From: Acidobacteriota bacterium
Lineage (GTDB): Bacteria; Acidobacteriota; Thermoanaerobaculia; UBA5066; Gp7-AA6
Assembly: GCA_046728075.1 (NCBI GenBank)
Contig: JBKPDV010000066.1
Span: 1-50,447, forward strand
DNA: 50,447 bases
Direction of reading: 5' to 3'
Shown: in pieces, positions 24,879 to 33,908 of the stretch
How the letters are laid out: each line of letters starts with the position of its first letter
Position numbering within the stretch: position 1 is the first letter of the stretch
The notes under the pieces: model-generated
Database searches by the model: none
Seen by the model: the letters and a program-made list of their open reading frames with translations, nothing else
What the model was told of the DNA's origin: nothing
Made by a program: the position numbers and the translations under genes

Positions 24879-24954
24879 GAGCGAGGGGCAGAGTCGGGGA
24901 GAGGGCGAGTGGGCGAACAAAAGGATCACCCCCTCACCCCCTCTCCCACTCACC
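24879..24954. repeat. Degenerate G-rich/C-rich inverted element between convergent pgsA and trmB
   Basis: GAGCGAGGGGCAGAGTCGGGGAGAGGGCGAGTGGGCG, loop AACAAAAGGAT, then CACCCCCTCACCCCCTCTCCCACTCACC. Roughly 7-nt GAGNGGG periodicity and imperfect complementarity. Confidence 0.55.
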
Positions 24955-24958
24955 GACT

Positions 24959-25582
24959 TCAGCTCCGACCGAGATCCTCTAGTTCAGCCGCGGCTCGCTT
25001 GCGAAAGAGGAACCTCCAGATGCGCCGACCCTCCTCTCGATACTTGATTTCGTAGTTCGTGGGCGGAGGCGCGGGCGCTGTTTCCCACTCGAGAGGTTCG
25101 AGCAATGGAACAGTTGCCGCAAGCGGAGCGAGGGCGGAGCCGTAATCGGCGTGGTCCGTTGCGATGCGCAGCAGGCCCCCGGCCTCGAGGCGCGAAGCCA
25201 GGGTCTCCAGCATCCGGCCGTCCAAGAGCCGGCGCTTTTTCTGCCTCTTCTTCGGCCACGGATCGGGAAAGTAGATATGGAAGGCCCGAACCGATCCGGG
25301 CGAGAGCGCCTCGACGAAGAGACGCCCATCCGCGCGCAGGATCCGCGCGTTGGAGAGCCCGGATCGGGCGAGCCGATCCCGGCAGACCCGGTAGTACGCG
25401 AGCGCTCGCTCCAGGCCCAGAAAATCATGGTCCGGGTTGCCGCGGGCGGCTGCGACCAGAAAGCGCGCCTTGCCGCTCCCGATCTCGATCTCGAGGGGCC
25501 GGCGGCGATGGAAGAGCTCGGCGGCATCAAAAGACGTCGCCGAAAAGATCTGCTCGTCCGCCGGACGGTGTTCAATGTTCAA
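24959..25582 (-). CDS. trmB: tRNA (guanine46-N7)-methyltransferase TrmB
   Basis: LEIEIGSGKARFLVAAARGNPDHDFLGLE, IYFPDPWPKKRQKKRR. The TTG start at 25582 lies inside a heptad arm, so the true start is uncertain. Confidence 0.88.
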   Translation of the reverse strand: MNIEHRPADEQIFSATSFDAAELFHRRRPLEIEIGSGKARFLVAAARGNPDHDFLGLERALAYYRVCRDRLARSGLSNARILRADGRLFVEALSPGSVRAFHIYFPDPWPKKRQKKRRLLDGRMLETLASRLEAGGLLRIATDHADYGSALAPLAATVPLLEPLEWETAPAPPPTNYEIKYREEGRRIWRFLFRKRAAAELEDLGRS

Positions 25583-25652
25583 AGTTCAAAGTTCAAAGTT
25601 AGAGCCATCAGGTCGTCTCACCCTTGAACGTTGAACGTTGAACGTTGAACCC
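25570..25652. repeat. Inverted heptad-array hairpin, unit GTTCAAN
   Basis: GTTCAAT GTTCAAA x3, 22-nt loop, then CTTGAAC GTTGAAC x3. The right arm ends at the icd-like stop (25653), and the left arm overlaps the annotated trmB TTG start. Confidence 0.9.
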
Positions 25653-26693
25653 TCACAGCCTTTCCGCCACCGCCCGCGCAAACGCCTTCGTGCCGGCGGT
25701 GCCGCCGAGGTCGGGGGTCTTGATTCCCGTGGCCAGAGTGGCCGTCAGGGCCTTGTCGATCCGCTCGGCGTCCCGCAGCAGTTCCATGTGACGCAACATC
25801 AGGATCGCCGAAAGGAGAAGCGCGGTCGGATTGGCCTTCTCCTGGCCGGCGATGTCCGGAGCCGTTCCGTGGACCGCTTCGAAGATGGCCATGGTCTTTC
25901 CCAGATTGGCTCCGGGAACCACACCCAGGCCGCCGACCAGACCGGCGGCCAGGTCGGAGAGGATGTCGCCGTACAGGTTCTCCATCAGCAGCACGTCGAA
26001 GATCTCCGGGTTCATCACCAGCCGCATGCACGTCGCGTCCACGATCCGATCGTCGGCTGTGATTTCGGGATAGTCCTGCGCGACCTTCCGAAAGCAGTCG
26101 AGGAAGAGACCGTCGGAGAGCTTCATGATGTTGGCCTTGTGAACGGCCGTCACGCGCCGGCGGCCGTTGGCCGTCGCATAGTCGAACGCGAACCGCGCGA
26201 TCCGAGTCGAGGCGGCCTCGGTGATGATCTTCAGGGACTCGACGACTCCGGGCACGACGATGTGCTCGAGTCCGCTGTAGAGGTCCTCGGTGTTCTCCCG
26301 GACGACAACAATGTCTACATTGTTAAAGCGGCTCTCCACGCCGGGCAGGTTCTTTACGGGCCGGAGGTTGGCATACAGGTCGAGGGTCTTGCGCAGGCGC
26401 ACGTTGATCGAGGCGAAGCCCTTGCCGATCGGCGTGCCCACGGGTCCCTTCAGAGCGACCTTGTTCTTGCGGATCGATTCGAGCACCCGGTCGGGCAGGG
26501 GATCGCCCTCGCTCTGCTCGGCCGCGCGGCCGACGACCTGTTCCTCGAAAACGAGCGGCGTTCCCGCGGCCTCGAGGATCGAGACCACGGCGTCGGAGAC
26601 TTCCGGCCCGATGCCGTCTCCTCGAATAAGTGTGACGGCCCGTTTTTCCAGGTTCACTCCTCCCGCAGCTCGATTCTCGTGCTCGAGAAGCAA
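25653..26693 (-). CDS. NAD-type isocitrate dehydrogenase (isocitrate/isopropylmalate dehydrogenase family)
   Basis: LIRGDGIGPEV, LRKTLDLYANLRPV, VVVRENTEDLYSGLEH, PGANLG. Closely resembles IDH3-type enzymes. Alternative GTG start at 26657. Confidence 0.9.
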   Translation of the reverse strand: MLLEHENRAAGGVNLEKRAVTLIRGDGIGPEVSDAVVSILEAAGTPLVFEEQVVGRAAEQSEGDPLPDRVLESIRKNKVALKGPVGTPIGKGFASINVRLRKTLDLYANLRPVKNLPGVESRFNNVDIVVVRENTEDLYSGLEHIVVPGVVESLKIITEAASTRIARFAFDYATANGRRRVTAVHKANIMKLSDGLFLDCFRKVAQDYPEITADDRIVDATCMRLVMNPEIFDVLLMENLYGDILSDLAAGLVGGLGVVPGANLGKTMAIFEAVHGTAPDIAGQEKANPTALLLSAILMLRHMELLRDAERIDKALTATLATGIKTPDLGGTAGTKAFARAVAERL

Positions 26694-26778
26694 GCTATCA
26701 GCTTTCAGCTAAGAGCTCTCAACCATACGGTCGAACCGCTCGTGCTCGGCTGAAAGCTGCAAGCTGCGAGCTGAAAGC
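26694..26778. repeat. Inverted heptad-array hairpin, unit GCTNTCA
   Basis: GCTATCA GCTTTCA GCTAAGA GCTCTCA, 26-nt loop, then GGC TGAAAGC TGCAAGC TGCGAGC TGAAAGC-TA. It spans from the CNNM-family stop (TAG 26778..26780) to the icd-like TTG at 26693. Confidence 0.9.
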
Positions 26779-28037
26779 TATTTCTTCTCCGGCAGAATCA
26801 TCAGTACCTTCTGGATCGCCGTCGGCGTGGCCTCCTCCACGACAAAGTCCGCCCGGCGGCCGCGCCACCGTTCGCCTTTGCGGGGGATTCGGCCGAACCG
26901 CATCAGGAGATGACCCGCGATCGTCTCCGCCTCCTCGCGGGGCAGCGAGATTCCGAACTGCTCCTCGAGGTCGTCCAATCGCAGGGTGCCGTCGAGGAGG
27001 AAACGGCGCTCCCCGGCCGGCTGGAAACCGGGGCCCTCCTCCTCGTCGTACTCGTCTTCGATCGGACCGAGCAGCTCCTCGATCGCGTCCTCGATCGTGA
27101 CGAGGCCGGCCGTTCCGCCGAACTCGTCCACGACGACGGCCATGTGGGTGCGCCTTCGCCGCATTTCGCTGAAGAGCGCCTCGGCTCTCTGGGATTCCGG
27201 CACGAGGTAGGGAGGATCGACCCACTGAGCCAGCCGGAAGGCCGCTTCCTCCGCGTCGTTCAAGGCGAAGAGGTCCTTGGCATGCAGGATTCCAATGATG
27301 TTATCGAGAGTCTCCCGGTAAACCGGCAGGCGCGACAGCTTGTGCTCCCGCAAAATTCGGCCGACTTCCGCGAACGAAGCGGTATCCGGCAGCGCAATGA
27401 TCTTCGTGCGCGGCAGCATGATGTCCCGAACGGTCCGGTCGCCGAATTCGAGCACCTTATGGAGGAGGCGCCGCTCCTCGCCGTGAATGATCCCTTCGTC
27501 GGCGCCGAGGTTGAAGACGCTCTTCATCTCCTCTTCGGTCAGGGACGGCTCCCGCTGCTTGACTCCGATCAGGCGAAGCGCCCGCGTGGTCACCTGGACG
27601 CAGAGTGTCGCGATCGGAGAGAGAACCTTCATCACGACCGCCATCGGCCGGGCCACCGCGCGCGAGATGGCAACCGGGGAAGCCGCTCCGATCGCCTTGG
27701 GAGTCATCTCGGCGAACACGAAGAGCGCGATCGTCGAGAAGAGGATCGCGGCCGGAACGCCGTAGGTCTCCCCCAGCCAGTCGGTCGCCAGCACCGTAGC
27801 GAGCGCCGAGGCCGCGCTCAAAAAGAGATTCTGGCCGATCAGGATTGTCGCGAGCAGCCGGGGCGTGTGCGCCTTCAGGTTGCGGATGATCGCGGCGCGA
27901 GGATCGCCGCTCTCCCGGAGCCGGGCCAGGTCGATGCGCCCGAGGGAAACCAGGGCGGTCTCCGAGCCCGCGAAGAACGCGGAGAGCAGCAGCGAAAGGA
28001 AGAGGAGGAACAGATAAACGAGAGTCTGAGCTTGCAT
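26778..28037 (-). CDS. Hemolysin/CNNM family membrane protein (DUF21 - CBS pair - CorC_HlyC)
   Basis: N-terminal DUF21 TM block (FFAGSETALVSL), a CBS pair, and C-terminal VVDEFGGTAGLVTIEDAIEELLG. Confidence 0.9.
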   Translation of the reverse strand: MQAQTLVYLFLLFLSLLLSAFFAGSETALVSLGRIDLARLRESGDPRAAIIRNLKAHTPRLLATILIGQNLFLSAASALATVLATDWLGETYGVPAAILFSTIALFVFAEMTPKAIGAASPVAISRAVARPMAVVMKVLSPIATLCVQVTTRALRLIGVKQREPSLTEEEMKSVFNLGADEGIIHGEERRLLHKVLEFGDRTVRDIMLPRTKIIALPDTASFAEVGRILREHKLSRLPVYRETLDNIIGILHAKDLFALNDAEEAAFRLAQWVDPPYLVPESQRAEALFSEMRRRRTHMAVVVDEFGGTAGLVTIEDAIEELLGPIEDEYDEEEGPGFQPAGERRFLLDGTLRLDDLEEQFGISLPREEAETIAGHLLMRFGRIPRKGERWRGRRADFVVEEATPTAIQKVLMILPEKK

Positions 28038-28060
28038 GGAAGAAGTCTATCGCTCGCTCC

Positions 28061-29107
28061 TCAGTCCTCAGTCGGGGTCGCCAGCTGCTCCAGCGCCCAT
28101 TGGGCGGCGTCCGCCAATCCACTGTCGCTCGCGCCTGCGGAAGCGTGCAACAACGCACGACACGAGGAGTCTCCGGCCGCTCCCGCCGACGCAGCGGCGT
28201 TTCTCTGGAGCCCGCGTCTTCCGGCCCGGTTGAGAGCGGTCGCGCCCCAGCCGCGCTTCCATTCCCCACGGCCCATCTCGAGCCATTCGCCGCGGGTCGG
28301 AGCCGAGCGCTGCGGGGACCGCCCCGACGCTTCTCCCAACGGCAGAGGCTTGTTCCAGGGACAGACTTCCTGGCAGATGTCGCAGCCAAACACCCGGTCC
28401 GCCAAGTGCGCCTTCATCGCCGGCGGGATCGCGCCGCGATGCTCGATCGTCCAATACGCCAGGCATCGCGCGGCATCCAGGATCCCCGGCTGGACGAATG
28501 CGGAAGTGGGACACGCGTCGAGACAGCGCGTGCACTCGCCGCAACGCTCGGCCACCGGATCGTCGGGAGGCAGATCCAGGTCCGTCACGATCTCCGCGAG
28601 CAGCAAATAGGAGCCGAGCTCGCGGTCGATCAGGCAACCGTTCTTCCCGATCCAGCCCAGCCCGGCCGCGGCGGCGAACGACCGCTCGGCGATCGGCGTG
28701 GAGTCGACGCACACGCGGAAACCGCAGGGGAAGTCCAGCCGATCACGCGCCGCCTGCGCGAGAGCGAGCGCCTGCTGCCGCAAGGTGCCGTGGTAGTCGG
28801 GGCCGGCGGCATAGCGCGCAATCTTCGAGCCGTCGGACGAGGCGAAGGGACGCGCGTCATGTGTCGCCGCGAGGCAGACGACCGATCGCGCGCCCGGCAG
28901 CAGCTGCGCGGGGTTCGCGCGCACCGAGCCCGTTCGCTCGAGGTAGTCCATTCCGGCGTGGCCCCCGGACTCGATCCAGGAAAGGAATCGATCGAAGCGC
29001 GGCGGCTCCTCGGCCCGGGCGAACCCGATGCGGGCAAAACCGGCTCTCCGGGCTTCCTCCCGAAAGACGCGGGCCGACAGCAGGGGATCGGGAGCGGATC
29101 GAACCAT
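28061..29107 (-). CDS. queG: tRNA epoxyqueuosine(34) reductase QueG
   Basis: Two 4Fe-4S motifs, CGECTRCLDACP and CDICQEVCPWN, with the QueG N-terminal pattern GFARIGFA. Confidence 0.92.
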   Translation of the reverse strand: MVRSAPDPLLSARVFREEARRAGFARIGFARAEEPPRFDRFLSWIESGGHAGMDYLERTGSVRANPAQLLPGARSVVCLAATHDARPFASSDGSKIARYAAGPDYHGTLRQQALALAQAARDRLDFPCGFRVCVDSTPIAERSFAAAAGLGWIGKNGCLIDRELGSYLLLAEIVTDLDLPPDDPVAERCGECTRCLDACPTSAFVQPGILDAARCLAYWTIEHRGAIPPAMKAHLADRVFGCDICQEVCPWNKPLPLGEASGRSPQRSAPTRGEWLEMGRGEWKRGWGATALNRAGRRGLQRNAAASAGAAGDSSCRALLHASAGASDSGLADAAQWALEQLATPTED

Positions 29108-29114
29108 GGAGGAA

Positions 29115-29185
29115 TTGAATCACTGCTTGCCGGGACCGGGAAAGCGGCGCAATGACTTTCTCGCCCGATCTTTCGGTGATTCAAT
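29115..29185. promoter_or_regulatory. 9-bp inverted repeat TTGAATCAC ... GTGATTCAA in the queG / AI-2E transporter divergent region
   Basis: Arms at 29115..29123 and 29177..29185, 53 bp apart. The second arm sits in TGATTCAATGATTC, a direct TGATTC duplication. Confidence 0.25.
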
Positions 29186-29191
29186 GATTCC

Positions 29192-30319
29192 GTGGCACCA
29201 TCGTCCTTCGCCTCTCGTGTCTTCGGCGTCGCCGCCGCCGCGGCTCTGACCTACGCGCTGTATCGGATCTTCAAGCCCTTTCTCGGTCCGATCCTCTGGG
29301 CGGTGCTGCTCGCGTTCCTCCTGCACCCGGTCAACGTGCGGCTGCGCCAGCGAATGCGGGGGCGCACCGGTTCGGCCGCCGGCGTCCTGACACTCGCGGT
29401 CGCGCTCGGCCTCGCGATTCCCGCTGCCATCCTGGCGGTCGCGTTCGCCGGCCAGGCGTCCGATCTGGCTGCGCGCGTTTCGGCAGCCGCGACCCGCTAC
29501 CAGATCGCGCGGCCGAGCGACCTCTTTCGGCTGCCGGTTCTTCAGGACGCGTTTCGCTGGATCGAGCAGCACGTGCCCGTGACGTCCGAGGAGGTTCAGG
29601 CCTGGCTTCTCGCGGGGAGCAAGAAGTTTCTCCAGCGTCTCGCGGCGTCCAGCGGCACAATCTTTCTCGGCGCGCTCGGCGCAGTCGCCAACATCGTTCT
29701 GATGCTTTTCGTGCTCTTCTTTTTTCTGCGAGACGGGGAGGGGATGGCGCGGCGGCTCGTCCGCGTGGTCCCGATGCCCGAGAAGAAGAAAGAGCGGCTC
29801 GCGGATCAGCTCGGTTCAGTGACCCGCGCGGTGGTCTTCGGAACGCTTTTGACCGCGATCATCCAGGGGGCGAGCGTGGGGGTCGGTTTCGCAATCGTGC
29901 GGCTGCCGTCCCCCGTCGTGTTTGGCGCAATCGCCGGCGTCTGCTCCCTCCTGCCCGTGGGCGGAACGGCGTTCGTCTGGCTGCCGGGTGCGATCGTGCT
30001 GGCCGCTCAGGGCCGCTGGGCCGCGGCCATTTTTCTGGCCCTCTGGGGTCTGCTCTTCGTCGGAGTCCTGGACAATGTGCTGCGTCCCCTCTTCATCTCG
30101 GGGCGCGCGGAGATTTCGACGCTCCCGGTTTTCTTCGGAGTGCTCGGGGGAGTCGCGGCGTTCGGCCCGATCGGACTGTTTCTCGGGCCGGTCTTGATCG
30201 CGCTCGCTCAGGCGCTCCTGGGATTCGCCGAAGAGAACGTGGCGGAAGCTCACGGCTCACAGCCGTCAGCTCTCAGCCAAGCAGGCGCCGGGGAAGAGCC
30301 TCCGCGTGCTCATAGCTGA
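29192..30319 (+). CDS. AI-2E family transporter (PerM/UPF0118)
   Basis: Multi-TM protein with the family hallmark LSLLPVGGTAFVWLPGAI..., GVLGGVAAFGPIGLFLGPV. GTG start. The last ~25 codons read through a heptad array. Confidence 0.85.
   Translation: MAPSSFASRVFGVAAAAALTYALYRIFKPFLGPILWAVLLAFLLHPVNVRLRQRMRGRTGSAAGVLTLAVALGLAIPAAILAVAFAGQASDLAARVSAAATRYQIARPSDLFRLPVLQDAFRWIEQHVPVTSEEVQAWLLAGSKKFLQRLAASSGTIFLGALGAVANIVLMLFVLFFFLRDGEGMARRLVRVVPMPEKKKERLADQLGSVTRAVVFGTLLTAIIQGASVGVGFAIVRLPSPVVFGAIAGVCSLLPVGGTAFVWLPGAIVLAAQGRWAAAIFLALWGLLFVGVLDNVLRPLFISGRAEISTLPVFFGVLGGVAAFGPIGLFLGPVLIALAQALLGFAEENVAEAHGSQPSALSQAGAGEEPPRAHS
30248..30278. repeat. Single heptad array, unit GCTNNCA, inside the 3' end of the AI-2E transporter ORF
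   Basis: GCTCACG GCTCACA GCCGTCA GCTCTCA GCC, translated as AHGSQPSALSQ. It is preceded by GAA where other arrays of this unit are preceded by a stop codon. Confidence 0.8.
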
Positions 30320-31359
30320 AAGCCGGGGCGCGCTCCGCCCGACGGAGCGGACACCCGGGCGGGCGGGAGCTCCGGTACGGACATCTCCCCTTCGCGGAGG
30401 AATCGCAGCTGCCGGCGGTCGCGCACGATCCAGATCCGCTCATTGGGCGGCAGCGCCACCGGCAGGTCGAAGCGGCTGAGCCAGACACCGTGCGCCGTGA
30501 GAGGTCCGGTCCAGCCTTCCAGGCGCCTGGCGATCCATCCTCCTCTTCCGTTCCAGTCGACGGCGGCTCCTCCTACCCGAAGCCCTTTGAGCCCTTGCCA
30601 GACAACGCCGAGCGCCGGAACCCGCACTTCGACGAGCATCGCCTCCGCGTCGGAAGCCGCTCGAGCGACGCGACGCGCGCGGCCGCGCCCCGCAGAAAGG
30701 TAGGTCGCGGTCGGAGTCGTCCAAAGACTGCCGAGCGGCTCGCGCGCGGGCGGCTCGATCCATTGCGCCATCAAGGCCAGCGGCAGGACAGGTGTCAGGC
30801 AGAGAGCGGCGAGGATCAGGTGAAGCGCGCGCCCCAGAGCTCCACGGGGCTGTGGAGAAAGCGCCCAGGCCGCGCAGGAGAGAGCGGCGAGGAAGAAAAG
30901 ATATGCGGTGGAAGCCAGCAGCGAGGAGACCGAGAGGCGCAGCGGGCCCGGCCTCAAAGCAGCGTATCCCCAGAGAGCGAGCGCGCCGGTTGCGACCGGA
31001 ACCAGCAACCCGTAAGTTCGCCAGACGATGGTCCAGCGAGCGCCGAATCGCCGGACGTGGGGTTGCGCGCCGGGTGGAAAGCGCACGGGATGACCCTCGG
31101 GGCAGAGAGACGTGTCCCGATCCACGGCCAGCCGGCCGCATCGCCGGCATCGCACAACCGTGCCTCTTTCCCATCCGTACTTCCAGGCCAGCAGGCCGGC
31201 GGCGATTTGGATTGCGAAGACGATGAGAGCGGCGATCAACGCCACGATGGCCAGCGTCCGCAGAACGGACGCGAGCGGCGCGAGCCAGGGGCCGGCGAGG
31301 GTCTCCAGAGCCCGAGCAATGGGAGTAGTTTCCATCGAGATCTCCCGCAATTGTTGCAT
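30310..31359 (-). CDS. Hypothetical multi-TM protein with a CxxC...C..H zinc-ribbon-like loop
   Basis: The ORF is open to 31569, but I prefer ATG 31359 (MQQLREISMETTP...) or 31335, which avoids a 200-nt overlap with the divergent gene. Contains VVRCRRCGRLAVDRDTSLCPEGH and several hydrophobic helices. I recognise no family. Confidence 0.55.
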   Translation of the reverse strand: MQQLREISMETTPIARALETLAGPWLAPLASVLRTLAIVALIAALIVFAIQIAAGLLAWKYGWERGTVVRCRRCGRLAVDRDTSLCPEGHPVRFPPGAQPHVRRFGARWTIVWRTYGLLVPVATGALALWGYAALRPGPLRLSVSSLLASTAYLFFLAALSCAAWALSPQPRGALGRALHLILAALCLTPVLPLALMAQWIEPPAREPLGSLWTTPTATYLSAGRGRARRVARAASDAEAMLVEVRVPALGVVWQGLKGLRVGGAAVDWNGRGGWIARRLEGWTGPLTAHGVWLSRFDLPVALPPNERIWIVRDRRQLRFLREGEMSVPELPPARVSAPSGGARPGFQL

Positions 31360-31364
31360 CGGCG

Positions 31365-32588
31365 GTGCCAGGCCCCTATCCTCGCGCCGTGACCTCATCG
31401 AGCGACCAGGTCGGGGATCTCGCGGCGAAGATTCGGGCGGCCGTAGCCGAGACTGCCTCGGCCGCGCCGCCTCGCCCGACGTCCAGAAGTCCGAGCCCCG
31501 AGGAAGAGGCGGCGCAAGCCGCGCTCGCGCGAGCGGCCGCCCATGTGACCCCTTCGATTCCGGAGTCATCCCGCCTGGTGCTGGGGAAAAAAACAGTTCT
31601 TCGACTGCTCCGTTTTCTCTGGCGGGATCAGGGCGCGTTCAATGCCCTGTCCCTGCAGGCCGGGAGCGCTCTTCTGGCCGCTTTGTCGGCGCAGAGAGAG
31701 AACATCGAACGGCTTTCCTCGGAAGCCGGGCGCGTGCGCCGCGCTCTGGCCTCCCTTGAAACGGAAGTTGCGAAATGGAGCGCTTCGTGGCAACGCCGGG
31801 CCGCCATTCAGGACGCGCGCCTGGCGGAGCTCGAGAAGGCGCCTTCCGGCGGGGTGAGACCCGCCCCCGAGGTCGGTGCGGCGCCCGCCTCCGCGATTCC
31901 GCCAGGCGTCTACAGTCTGTTCGAAGAGAGATTTCGCGGCTCGCCCGAGGAGATCGCCAAACGGCAGCAGGGATACCTTCTCGATTTGAAGGAGATTCCA
32001 GGTCCTGTTCTGGACGTCGGGTGCGGCCGGGGCGAGCTCCTCCGGCTCCTTTCGGACAGCGGGATCGCCGCTTCGGGAGTCGAGGTCAATCCCATCGCCG
32101 TCGCGGAATGCCGGAAGAACGGGCTCGAGGTCGAGAAAGGAGACGCGATCGCGGCACTGGCCCGCCGTCCCGCGGGCAGCCTGGGCGCCGTCGTCGCCTT
32201 GCAGGTGGTGGAGCACTGGCCGCCGGAGACGATCTTCGTGTTCCTGCGCGAGGCGCGCCGGGCGCTGGCGCCCGGCGGAGTCCTGATCGCCGAGACGATC
32301 AACGTCGGCTCGATCTCGGCGTGGAAGGCCTTTTATCTGGATCCTTCCCACGTGAGGCCCGTGCCCGCGGAGACACTTGCCTTCCTGGCCGAAACGGCCG
32401 GGTTCGCGCAACCCAGAATCGAGTACCACGCCCCTCTGCCCGCTGCGGAGCGCCTCGAGGAGCGCTCGGAAAACGACGCGAAGCTAAACCGGCTGCTCTT
32501 CGCCGAGCAGGACTATGCGCTCGTCGCGCGCGTGCCGCAGGAAGAGTCCGAAAGGCGAGAGGCGGGAGGCGAAAGGCGGGAAGAGTGA
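31365..32588 (+). CDS. Class I SAM-dependent methyltransferase with N-terminal coiled-coil region
   Basis: VLDVGCGRGELLRLL (motif I), VVALQVVEHWP, LAPGGVLIAE. The C-terminal ERREAGGERREE is encoded by a heptad array. An alternative GTG start lies at 31389. Confidence 0.8.
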   Translation: MPGPYPRAVTSSSDQVGDLAAKIRAAVAETASAAPPRPTSRSPSPEEEAAQAALARAAAHVTPSIPESSRLVLGKKTVLRLLRFLWRDQGAFNALSLQAGSALLAALSAQRENIERLSSEAGRVRRALASLETEVAKWSASWQRRAAIQDARLAELEKAPSGGVRPAPEVGAAPASAIPPGVYSLFEERFRGSPEEIAKRQQGYLLDLKEIPGPVLDVGCGRGELLRLLSDSGIAASGVEVNPIAVAECRKNGLEVEKGDAIAALARRPAGSLGAVVALQVVEHWPPETIFVFLREARRALAPGGVLIAETINVGSISAWKAFYLDPSHVRPVPAETLAFLAETAGFAQPRIEYHAPLPAAERLEERSENDAKLNRLLFAEQDYALVARVPQEESERREAGGERREE

Positions 32589-32654
32589 TGCGAGTCACCG
32601 CGATACAAGCGACCGGGCAACCCGCCTACCGCCTGCCGCCTTCCGCCTACCGGC
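32550..32654. repeat. Inverted heptad-array hairpin, unit NNAGGCG
   Basis: AGGCG recurs at 32553, 32560, 32567 and 32574 (left arm, coding ERREAGGERREE plus TGA). CGCCT recurs at 32623, 32630, 32637 and 32644 (right arm). The right arm ends 1 nt before TTG 32656 of the GT4 gene. Confidence 0.88.
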
Positions 32655-32655
32655 T

Positions 32656-33708
32656 TTGAGTTCTCCCCGGGTCCTCGTCCTCGCCGTCCAGACTCCCTTC
32701 TCCGAAGGAGGAGCGGAACGGCATGTCCGTCGCCTCACGCTGGAGCTGCGCGCAAGAGGGGTCGAGTCCGACCTCATCACGATGCCTTTGATCGAACGGG
32801 AGCGTTTCGATCTGATTCGCAGCGCTGCCGCCTGGCGCACTCTGGACCTGACGGAGGTGGGCGGCCGGCCGGTCGACGCCGTCATCGCGACTCGCTTTCC
32901 CAGCTACGCGGCGCGGCATGACAACAAGGTCGTCTGGCTCATCCACCAGTACCGTCAGGTTTACGACCAGCTCGGGACGTCGTACAGCGACTTCACTTCC
33001 AGCGCCGAGGACCGTCGCACTCGGGAGACGATCGAGCAGATTGATCGCGTCGGCTTGACGGAAGCGCGAAAGGTGTTTGCGAACTCACGCAACGTCGCCT
33101 CCCGGCTCTCCCGATTCAACGGGATCGAGAGCCAGGCTCTGTACCATCCGCCCCCTCTGGTCGGCCGCTACCGCGAGGGGCCTCCGGGCGACTATGCCTT
33201 GACGGTCGGACGACTGGATTCCTGGAAGCGGCCGGACCTTCCCATCGGCGCTCTCGCCCACGCGCCCAGCGCCCGGCTGGTCGTCGTCGGCCGCGGCCCG
33301 GAGGAGGCTCGGCTCTACCGCCTGGCGCGAGAGATCGGTGTCGAAGACCGCGTCCGGTGGATCGCCGCGGCCACCGACGAAGAGCTGATCGATCTGTATG
33401 CGTCCGCGCGTCTCGTGGTCGTCGCTCCGGCGGACGAGGATCTGGGATACGTGCCGCTCGAGGCGCATCTTTCGGGCAAGGCCGTCCTGACCACCGACGA
33501 CGCCGGAGGGCCGCTCGAATTCGTCCGCCATGGCGAGACCGGTTTTGTCGTGCCGCCCGACGCGGCAGCGCTCGGGAGAGCCATGGAGATGGCATGGACC
33601 CGCAAGGAGGAGCTGTCCTCCCTCGGTCAGCGAGGACGAGAGCAGGCGTCGCGCCTGACCTGGGAGGCCACGGTCTCGGCGCTGCTGGAGGCAGCGGGAA
33701 TCCGATGA
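32656..33708 (+). CDS. Glycosyltransferase family 4 (GT-B, group 1)
   Basis: VLVLAVQTPFSEGGAERHV at the N-terminus; E-x7-E region EDLGYVPLEAHLSGKAVLTTDDAGGPLEFV. I prefer TTG 32656; the track start at 32515 runs through both arms of a heptad hairpin. Confidence 0.85.
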   Translation: MSSPRVLVLAVQTPFSEGGAERHVRRLTLELRARGVESDLITMPLIERERFDLIRSAAAWRTLDLTEVGGRPVDAVIATRFPSYAARHDNKVVWLIHQYRQVYDQLGTSYSDFTSSAEDRRTRETIEQIDRVGLTEARKVFANSRNVASRLSRFNGIESQALYHPPPLVGRYREGPPGDYALTVGRLDSWKRPDLPIGALAHAPSARLVVVGRGPEEARLYRLAREIGVEDRVRWIAAATDEELIDLYASARLVVVAPADEDLGYVPLEAHLSGKAVLTTDDAGGPLEFVRHGETGFVVPPDAAALGRAMEMAWTRKEELSSLGQRGREQASRLTWEATVSALLEAAGIR

Positions 33709-33908
33709 CGGAAGAAGATCCCATCGCGCGCGTGGCCGGGGAACGGGGCCGGATTCTGGGTCAGCTGGGCGTGCGGCCGGAAGATACCCGGTGGATCGAG
33801 CAGGAAGCTCGGACGGTTGCGAGCCTCCTCGAGCTGACGCGGCGTCGAGGCGCCCTCTTGCGGTTCCTTCACCGCCTCGCCCGCAAAGCGGCTCGCACGG
33901 CCAGGTAA
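33705..33908 (+). CDS. Small hypothetical protein (67 aa), possibly translationally coupled to the glycosyltransferase
   Basis: ATG shares ATGA with the GT stop at 33708. GC-rich third codon positions. No recognisable family. Confidence 0.3.
   Translation: MTEEDPIARVAGERGRILGQLGVRPEDTRWIEQEARTVASLLELTRRRGALLRFLHRLARKAARTAR

Noticed and set aside
28044-28075. Short TCCTCAG TCCTCAG duplication at the queG stop as another heptad array
   Set aside because: There are only two clean units and no partner arm. It may belong to the family, but it is too short to assert.
32515-32655. Track-predicted N-terminal extensions that run through repeat arms (32515, 43199, 37821, 24234, 40536, 39431, 45362, 6807, 35825)
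   Set aside because: Internal starts give N-termini that match the family consensus, avoid overlap with upstream genes and, in several cases, have proper GGAG spacing. The extensions are translations of heptad arrays or of upstream gene ends.
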